Shown: positions 53,608-64,000 of the stretch, piece by piece | Position numbering within the stretch: the stretch's first letter is position 1 | Layout of the letters: every line of letters starts with the position of its first letter | Assembly (NCBI RefSeq): GCF_947568905.1 | Contig: NC_079167.1 | Location: forward strand, 44,702,001-44,766,000 | Reading direction: 5' to 3' | From: Ostrea edulis | Lineage: Eukaryota | DNA: 64,000 bases | The notes under the pieces: model-generated | Seen by the model: only the letters and a program-made list of their open reading frames with translations | The model's database searches: none | What the model was told of the DNA's origin: nothing | Program-made: the position numbers and the translations under genes

Positions 53608-54604
53608 TATATATATATTATGTATCTACTGTGGAAAGTATCTAATCACTCTTACGATAACCTCGTAGCATAGCACTTACATAATAATTGGAAGAAAATA
53701 AAACAAACAAACCAAAAAAAAAAAAAAAAAAAAAATTGAAAAGAAACCCACAACAACAACAAACATAAAAAAGAAACAAAAGCAAAGTAAACAAACAAAC
53801 AACCAGTTTAATTACACTTCATTTAAAATCAAAACATCAAGATTGGTCATAATTTGTACATTTCATCTGTGTAATTTTTATTGAATACAGGCATTATTTA
53901 TAAAAAGTATGTGTAAACAAGGATTAACGTTTTTCTTTTAAATCATAAATCAAAGCAAATATCTTATGTTGTGTTGTATATATTTCTATAGTAAAGTAAA
54001 TAGACCAGGATTTTCTTTTTTTTTTTAGGCGTGTGCTTGTGTTCTTAATATTGTGTAAGCCCATTCCAAACCGTTCTACGCAATCGTTAATGTCTACCGC
54101 TCGCTTTTGATACCCGATGTGTACGACCCCCGGATGTTTTTCAAAAATTCTGACCGACATGATGTTTTCTACAGCAAAAGGAAAACGAGTGTGCCTTCTT
54201 TCAAGCTTCGAAAGGAAATCAAGCAACAATGATATTTGTTATCGGCCACTGGAAAAAAATTACCCAATTTTAATGAATGAATGGACTTGCAAATCGCCGG
54301 TTGAGGTGTCTATATTTCTGGATTTTGACTGCTGTAGTTTGGCAAAGCCCAATATGTAAGTAAATAGAATGACAGGGGGAAATGTAGACCAGGGGGTTCC
54401 GATAACATATCCGGCGGATATTCCATTGTTGAAGCGCAACTCGAATGCAAAGACTAACATCAAAGCACATCTAAACAACACAATACACATACCGATCGAC
54501 TCGAACAGATTGGATGTTTTCAAGGAGGTCCGCGCTTGATGTAAACAAAACAGATTGTGCGTTCCGATCGACTATTATTTACCGTTCTCGCATCGTTCGA
54601 AAAC

Positions 54605-55174
54605 ATGGCAGACACCGCAGCTCCCGCGAAAAAGAAGGTTTCCAAGCCCAAAGTGCCCGCAGCGCACCCAAAATACATCGACATGATCAAGGCTGCCCTC
54701 GGGTCACTGAAAGAGCGTGGTGGATCTTCTAGACAAGCCATTCTTAAGCACCTGATGGCCAATTATAAAGTGGGCAATGACGTCAACTCCATCAATGCTC
54801 ACCTCAAAATGGCCCTTAAGAATGGAGTCAAAAAGGGTGCGTTGAAGCAAGCCAAGGGTAAAGGTGCCAGCGGCTCCTTCAAGCTTGGAGATAAGCCCAA
54901 GGCTGAGCAGAAGCCTAAAGCCAAGAAAGTAGCCAAACCAAAGGCTGCCAAACCTAAGAAGGCTGCTGCTGCTGCCAAGCCCAAGAAGGCGGCCGTAGAG
55001 AAAAAAGTGAAGAAGACGCCAAAGAAACCAGCCGCACCCAAGAAGGCCAAGACTCCCAAGAAGAAGGCGGCAGCCAAGAAGCCCGCAGCCAAGGCCCCCA
55101 AGAAGGCCAAGAGCCCCAAGAAGCCCGCCGCCAAAAAATCCAAGACCCCCAAGAAGGCCGCCGCCAAGAAATAA
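54605..55174 (+). CDS. H1: Linker histone H1
   Basis: True start AAACATGG at 54605. HPKYIDMIKAAL...GGSSRQAI...GASGSFKL globular domain and Lys/Ala/Pro tail. Confidence 0.98.
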   Translation: MADTAAPAKKKVSKPKVPAAHPKYIDMIKAALGSLKERGGSSRQAILKHLMANYKVGNDVNSINAHLKMALKNGVKKGALKQAKGKGASGSFKLGDKPKAEQKPKAKKVAKPKAAKPKKAAAAAKPKKAAVEKKVKKTPKKPAAPKKAKTPKKKAAAKKPAAKAPKKAKSPKKPAAKKSKTPKKAAAKK

Positions 55175-55221
55175 GCAGTCTTTGCAATATTCCTGCACAG
55201 AGTGTTTACTCACAAAACAAA

Positions 55222-55261
55222 AGCCCTTTTTAGGGCTACCAACATTTTTAGAAAAGATGCC
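55222..55261 (+). terminator. Histone stem-loop and downstream element (H1)
   Basis: AGCCCT-TTTT-AGGGCT, then GAAAAGATGCC. Confidence 0.85.
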
Positions 55262-57322
55262 GTTCTTACACGTGTGAGAGAAATGCGTTTCTACGTCATT
55301 TAAGTGAATACTGATTCAAGCTGTTTTAACGTTTTCATACTTTGATTTACTTGTCCTGCATGTCATTCAGTTAAAAGAGGGGGGGGGGGGGGGAGGGAGG
55401 AAACTAACCCACGCTTTTACAAACAACATGACATTTTTTTATCTGATTTATTACCTCTCCCTTCCTAAAGCTGTAGGGTAAGAAATAAGATGGAGACCGG
55501 TGAATTATGACAACATATAGTACAGTACCTGCATCATTTAGTCCTCATTCGTTTGAGTAAAGCTAGCTGAATTGAAACATTTCTTATACATCCAATGGCT
55601 TGATTGTTTTCATTCGGTTTATTGTCCGATAAGAAAACAAAAATTAAAAGTATCATCCGTGGACTTTTATTTCAGTACTTGATTTGTATACAGTCCAGGT
55701 TTGGCAGGACTACACATAATTCACTCTCATAATGCAATGTTTCATGTGTGTAACAATGTTTTCAGACTTTAGTCAACGAGAAATGTCTGATCGGTGTCTA
55801 AAAGTGAAAGAATGGGGTTCTTTCTTTGTTAGGAACAGAGTGACGATAAGAGTAAGTTGTAATTCTCGCACGTCTAATTTAGCCTTCAAAATGAAATAAG
55901 GATTTACACATTTTAAACAGTTCTCCGTTGTCCAGAGACTCGCTCACTTCATGTGTACATGAACTTCATAGCCTCAATGTTGTTCAAGATTTATATATAG
56001 GAGTGATTTTTGTTTGGATGTAACAGTAGTCTAGGATTCTGGAATGATTTGGGGTCTTGAAATTCACAAAGCTGTCCGAAAAAGTCATTAGTCACAACTA
56101 ACTAGTACTGTCTAATAACATCAAATCATATACCAATGATGTTAGTCACAACTATTATTAAGTGAAAAGAAACAAAAATTTAACGACTTTTTTTTATTGG
56201 GTGTTTCTTGAATTCCAAGAATTATGATTATTCTAGTAAGAATGCAATGTCATATATCATCTCTATCCAAATATATTTGAGGTCTGCTTTTGTCAAATAA
56301 CTATTTTGCAACCTCTTTGTTAAATGTTCAGGTTACAAATTTGATAATCATTGGTTTAAACTATATTTATATGTATCGGTGCAAAATATACAAACAGGTG
56401 AGAAAGGAAGACTTTAAAACAAAATTCTATGTACGAATGAATGTATGTATGTACATACGTACGCATACATGTACTAAGAACTTTGGGAATCTGGGATATT
56501 TCAATTGCATATGATAAATATACAAAATTTAGTATTAATATGGAATTATGTATATTTATGTGCTATTGAAATATCCCAGATTCCCAAAGTTCTTAGTACA
56601 TGTACATATTTTAAAATACTTATGGTAGAAGACTGCCAGTCTGATCGACTGGGCACAAGCACTGTCCCTTGGTACCTAGCTCTGCATTCAGGACAGCATT
56701 TTATACTGTTTCACTTTTACTTCCCACATTGCATCCTTGTTGTGCTGTGCATTTTCATTCTATGTTGTTATGAGCCAATATTTCAGATCAATGTTAATAT
56801 AGAAATCCTTTACATATCTACATGTACGTGTGTATACAATCATGTATGTGTATATATGTGTTTATGTATACATGTATATGTACGGTGTGTGTATCTATAA
56901 GTATATGGTATCATGTGTTTACAATGAATATGATAAAATTGTGTATGCTCACTGAGGGTCCTTAACTGGTGAATAAATAAATAAATGTATCTCCTTTTAA
57001 ATGTTTTTAACATTTACTTGTCTGTCCATACTTTTGTATCCACAAATAATGTTTACAATTGTACCCTGAAATCCCTTGTAACACCCCATCCCCTTCATTG
57101 TTTTTTTGGTTTTAATTTTTACAAGTTTATGAATTCTGAGCAAAATGTGGATTGAAATGTCCCAAGTCAAGACCAATCAACGCTGCATACCAGCGGCTAA
57201 TCGCAGAGTGTCTTTCTGAACCGCTTAACCAATGACAAGTGTCGTAAGATATGAGAGCGCCGATTTCGATTTGCTTATAAACTCTAGTGTTTCCGATCGG
57301 GCACTTTATTCTATCCGAATAA

Positions 57323-57742
<420 letters not shown>

Positions 57743-57769
57743 TTTCACTCGTGTGACACTCAAACAAAC

Positions 57770-57809
57770 GGCCGTTTTCACGGCCACCTAATTCTTTCGA
57801 AAAGATGCC
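57770..57809 (+). terminator. Histone stem-loop and downstream element (H3)
   Basis: GGCCGT-TTTC-ACGGCC, then GAAAAGATGCC. Confidence 0.9.
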
Positions 57810-59248
57810 TTCATATTGCTCTTGATCAAGAAACTTGTCGTGAATAAAGTATGACTGAATGACATGCATAACCCTACATCCACAAACTACTTGACCCAAG
57901 TCTGGTAAATTTCTGTAAAATAAGAAAAGTTTTAACGCAACTTCAGTAATGAAACTAAATGCTGCGAATGTGAACACGTACAGCTATACTGTCAAAACAG
58001 TAGTATACATTGCAGAGCATCAATTGTACACATGACAACAAATGCACATTGAAAATCCTTGTCAGCAGGAAAGTACACAACAAACTAGACAAACCTAGAG
58101 AATAGCTGTATAGAACGTACTAAGAACGCATACATAGAGAAATCGGTAGTCTGTAGTACACACTAAAACAACCTACCTAATTCTAGAAGGGTCAGATACT
58201 ACGGTATTTCATTCAACCAACTCTGGGCTTTTGAGGGCATGTAAAGCATGCATTAATAAGAGAAATTAAGGGGTTCAAATAATAGCTAGCATCAATAGCG
58301 CACGGAGAAATTCTATAACAACAACAACAAAATATATAAATAAAAACCCAGATGTAGAAATATGTAGACGTTAGGGGGGTCATGATTATTTTGAGAGGTC
58401 AATGAAATCTTCACTTCGTATTACATTCTTGCGTATATAATGACAGAACATCGTATATTTCATTATGTTAATTCAAATCTTGTCTGAAATCAGTATTACA
58501 CGTGTAACACCGTGTTAAATGTGTGCAGTGCAGAAATGTGAACTCTGACAGTAATAATATATCGCCATGATTGTTATTTATTTATATTGTTGTAATTAAT
58601 TACTAGTTAATCTGTACACCCCCACCCCCTTGAGGGCCCTTAATTGATGAATTAACATATGTCATAACATTTTATATCAGGAGACCATACATACAATCTA
58701 ACAAAGGGCTTGAATTTCTTTTTCAACTTGCACAGATATATTTCTTATTTTCAACATGTTGAGTAGAAATTTGCTTAGCTTGATTAATAATGGATTATCT
58801 TTATTATTTACCTTTTCTCTCCCTTTTTTGTTGTTGTTTTTTGGATATAGTATAGTAGACTTTCACAGTTGTGAGCCATGTTTTCATATTAATTACCCTA
58901 ATAAAAAAAATGCTATTATTGTGTGTTAATTAAAAGGAAAACAAAACGATGATTTAAAAAAAACAGAACAGAAACTAAGCTAGGAAATCTCAAATGTGTG
59001 CGCAGATTAAATATTATATTCCTATCAAAATAAATAAATACTTGTATACTGTGCAAAAGAAATGTAAACAAACACAGGTAGGCGCGTTTAGCGAGAACCA
59101 ATCACGATGTAGTTAACAGCGCTTCTTCGGACACGACAATCGACTAGCCGAAGTTTCAAGGTATAATGCGCTCTAACGGGTCGTCAATTAGGGCTATATA
59201 AACCAGCAATTTCTCAATTTGTCAGGTCATTCAGCACTTGTCTATTGA

Positions 59249-59569
<321 letters not shown>

Positions 59570-59612
59570 ATACTCTTATCACCGTTTGTGCATCCCAGCG
59601 CAAAAACAAAAC

Positions 59613-59651
59613 GGCCGTTATAACGGCCACCAAATTCTTTGAAAAGACGCC
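59613..59651 (+). terminator. Histone stem-loop and downstream element (H4)
   Basis: GGCCGT-TATA-ACGGCC, then GAAAAGACGCC. Confidence 0.88.
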
Positions 59652-61343
59652 TCTATGAAACGTTATCAAGAGAAACGGTTACCCTGTATTGTACTTTTAG
59701 TTAACAAATTGGCATACAACTTGTTACGAAAAGGTATGCAGTTTGTGGTTAACATGTTTCATTTGCAGTTAAGAGATTTCAATTTGATACTTGGATTTCT
59801 TTTCATATCAAGTAAATAGTCGGACTACACCACAACTTTGTAGGTTTATGTTCACAAACAACCAATTGATACCCAAGATCATTATTGAGCAGAAAGGCTG
59901 ACCATGCAAATCCTATACTCCCAATAAATTTACATTGTGAGCATTGTAATATATATCTCGCACACATTTATCTAGATGGATTGTTTATTTATCACACAAT
60001 AACATAAATGATTTGGACACTTTACACATATGAAGGAGACAAAACGAAGACTTAAAAAAGCAGCTGATAATTGTGATAACCCCCGTATTACAAAATATCC
60101 CACGTGACTGTATACAAAGTACTAATTAGTACTATAGATATTTTAAAATGCATACCATGTAGGCACATGTTAAATTAAATTGATTATATTGTTATTGCTT
60201 CTTGTCGTCACAAATGTCCTACAAACATGTTTTTCTTTTTTCTTCTTCTTTTATACAAACTCGTTTATTGCTAGGAATGCTGAAATAGCAAACTCAAGAC
60301 TTTCTATTTGGCAGATTCCTCTGTGGAAGGCAAAGTAAATGTAATATATGTTTTCATCTTAATTAACATCATTACATGGGTATCTAGTTTACCATTTGGT
60401 GACAGTTGACTTTCGTAACATATGCATTTACTAATTCTGTACATTGTAACTGGAAAGTACTTGCAAACCGTGAGATATTGATGCGTGGCACACCTACACA
60501 ATATAAACCAATACACAATATGCAGTCGCATGAAAGATGTTGTACAAACTTTTTTTTTCCAAGATTGGATTCATAAAGAGACTTATCATTATCAATTCAC
60601 CTATTAAGGGCCTGTTGGGGGGGACATGTGCATTTTTAAAATATAATCTTACACATGCGATTCAACATTTCATATAATAATATTGTGTGTATCTGTTTAT
60701 TCTACATGTTTCTGTTTTCTATCCTTTAAATAGCATTGTGTGTTGCCTCTTGTTGATGTATCAGGCATATTATATATTGCACTAGGGAAAACACACATGC
60801 ATCAACTGAGTACTGATCAATGCCTACATGCGAAACTTAAAATGCCTCCAATGAGTGTATTACTCTTTACTGTGTATTGTCTTTACTTGTATCAACAATT
60901 ATATACTTTTAATTACATGTTTATGCTCATTTATTAGCTGTCATTTGGGTGTTGGGTGCTGCAAAACTGATTTACTATTTCAATGACAGAAAATAATAAG
61001 ACTTAGAAACTTTTTTGTTAATATCAATATTTCTCTATAATGCTATATATTCAACAGAGCCAAAATGTTTATTTTGATAACATCTTCCATCTTAGTTTCA
61101 ATTTTATCAATGACTGGTTAAAGTTACAAACAAAGCTATCATAATAAGTGATGAAATGTATGCAGTTGAAAATGAACACAATGAGATATACATTTGTTTG
61201 TTTGATTGTGTATTCTGAATGGCTCGTCTTGAATTCTATTTCAATATAGTACAGTGTGTAACACACATAGTACACTTGTGTATGCATATTTTGTAGATAT
61301 GCAATGTCAACCAATAAACGTTTCTCAATGCATTGTTATAAAA

Positions 61344-61383
61344 GGCATCTTTTCGAAAAATTTGTGTGGCCCTGAAAAGGGCC
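61344..61383 (-). terminator. Histone stem-loop and downstream element (H2B)
   Basis: Minus strand GGCCCT-TTTC-AGGGCC (canonical), then GAAAAGATGCC. Confidence 0.92.
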
Positions 61384-61415
61384 GTTTGAGTTTGAGGTTC
61401 AAGTCCTTGCTCAGT

Positions 61416-61787
61416 TTACTTGCTGCTGGTGTACTTGGTGACAGCCTTGGTACCCTCAGAGACGGCGTGCTTGGCCAATTCACCGGGCAAGAGAAGTCGG
61501 ACAGCGGTCTGGATTTCTCTGCTGGTGATGGTTGAGCGTTTGTTGTAGTGGGCCAGGCGGGAAGCTTCAGCGGCGATTCTCTCGAAAATGTCATTGACAA
61601 ACGAGTTCATGATGCTCATAGCTTTGCTGGAAACGCCAGTGTCTGGGTGGACCTGCTTCAGGACTTTGTAAATGTAGATGGCATAGGATTCCCTCCTCTT
61701 CCTGCGCTTCTTCTTGTCCCCAGTTCTCTGGGCCTTCGCCTTAGTGGCGGCTTTCTTAGCTCCTTTCGATCCGGCTTTAGGTGGCAT
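61416..61787 (-). CDS. H2B: Histone H2B
   Basis: True start MPPKAGSKG at 61787; [21 protein letters not shown]...[10 protein letters not shown]. Confidence 0.99.
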   Translation of the reverse strand: MPPKAGSKGAKKAATKAKAQRTGDKKKRRKRRESYAIYIYKVLKQVHPDTGVSSKAMSIMNSFVNDIFERIAAEASRLAHYNKRSTITSREIQTAVRLLLPGELAKHAVSEGTKAVTKYTSSK

Positions 61788-62421
<634 letters not shown>

Positions 62422-64000
62422 AAAGTACAAAGTCTGCTTGCAGGACCTATAACAAACGGCCGTTTTCACGGCCACCAACCTTTTTTGAAAAGACACCTCT
62501 ATAAGCATCGAAATGTCAAGAATGACAGTCTAATCTTACATTCAATGCTCACTGAGAAATGGGGATGACAATATTTGCAGTAATTCATACATTTCAAGGC
62601 GCAAAATAAATGAATGCACGGCATGGGTTGCTATGTATTTGTTTGGGTTGTAATCGATAAGTAAGATTTACAAGAGAGAAGACATAAAAAAGCGCTATAT
62701 AAATTGTCCTCACTCCTTTGGACTTCATTGAGAAATCATGGAAATACCAAAATGAAATGAGTTTTTATTTGCATTCTTTTTGTTTTTCTCAACCAGCTCT
62801 GTAGTTTGTCAATGGAAGAGTAAAACAAGGGTGCCAAAACTTTTGAAATACAGGGCGAGTGATCGTATAATCTTCACGTGGTCATTCTTGCTTTTAATTT
62901 ACATAGACGAAAAGCCACAAAGGAAATGATTTTGTACCAGTATGAATGTGAGAAATAGAGGTAGACATGGAGCTATCTGACATTAGATAGGGTGATCATG
63001 ATGTGATGGGGCAATAAAAAAAAAAAATGGAAAGAGAACAAAATCTTTGGAGACGACATAGACGATCGCGATCCTGGTACATGGATTGTAAATATATCCG
63101 CAAACAAAATATCACTATCTTGGCCGAATTGTTTTATCTCCGAAATATACTCAATTTATTTATGGATTCACCAATCATGTTACACAATATGAGATATATA
63201 ATGACAACAAACTAAATACTAACAGTTCATTTACATGTATATGTAAATACAAGTATATATTTGACATGTACCTGTGATATTACACTGCATGTATATGCAA
63301 TGTAGTATTGCATATCAACATAAATTAAATGTAGTTATAGCACTTTACTTTGGGTGCGCAATTCAAAACATTCATGTAAAAATTCACACAATCTTCTGAC
63401 ATGAACGACATTGACAGGGTTGCATAGTACTTTACAATGGTTTTCCTTTGATATATCATCATCTGAATTGTAGATGTTCAAAGGGTAATATTTCTTTCTT
63501 ATATCTTTATACATGAAGCAGTCATATAAAAAAGAAAAGAAAAGTGTTTTTAAAAAAATACTGTAGTTTATCGCAAAATGACGACTTTACTTATAAGCAT
63601 GAGGAATTTATTTTTGGTTCATATAAATACTAAACATTTGTTGAAAATTTTCTGAATACATTCGATCCATGGGTTTTCGAACCCTTTTCCTCCGCAAATG
63701 GTATGCTCAAATATATATATCGTATTTATTTTAAACCTTGACGTATGCAGGAAAACGCCCTCCGTATAAACCGACAACTTTTTAATTCTTGAAAAACGAT
63801 TTTCAATTTCGGTGATTAATTTCACATGAACACGTTCGACTGAGTCTAGAAATTTCACACTGGGTGTGACTGCATCCCGATTACTTTGTCCAACAAGTCA
63901 AACGGGTATACATGAAATGGTCTTACTCGACTTCTTTCTTTCGTTAGAAAATCAGATTCCCTCTCATTAAATAACACTCATTCGTAGACGAAAACGAGCC

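Overview
AT-rich, spliced eukaryotic DNA. The repeat families and histones suggest a bivalve mollusc, probably an oyster (inference). Three zones. (1) 1-27.2 kb: the last exon of a probable ER-retained (SDEL) protein, a convergent Tctex-1-domain gene, and many repeats: two inverted copies of a nested Helentron-type non-autonomous (HINE-like) composite, MITEs, a TTAA-flanked element carrying a 9-bp-TSD foldback, mini/microsatellites and a full-length tRNA-headed SINE. An N gap follows at 27237-27610. (2) 27788-44517: a 16.7-kb Mutator/MULE element with ~60-bp TIRs and a perfect 9-bp TSD. It encodes a spliced transposase with a CARF/ALS2CR8-like N-terminus. Nested inside are a 6-kb ISL2EU element (THAP-DDE transposase plus SWIM-YqaJ exonuclease), a 66-bp hairpin element with its own 9-bp TSD, satellites and SINE fragments. 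(3) 49.8-64 kb: the left edge of a tandem replication-dependent histone array (H2A, H1, H3, H4, divergent H2B/H2A; 12,136-bp unit) with non-canonical stem-loops and one shared downstream element. All family assignments come from motifs read by eye; no database search was run.
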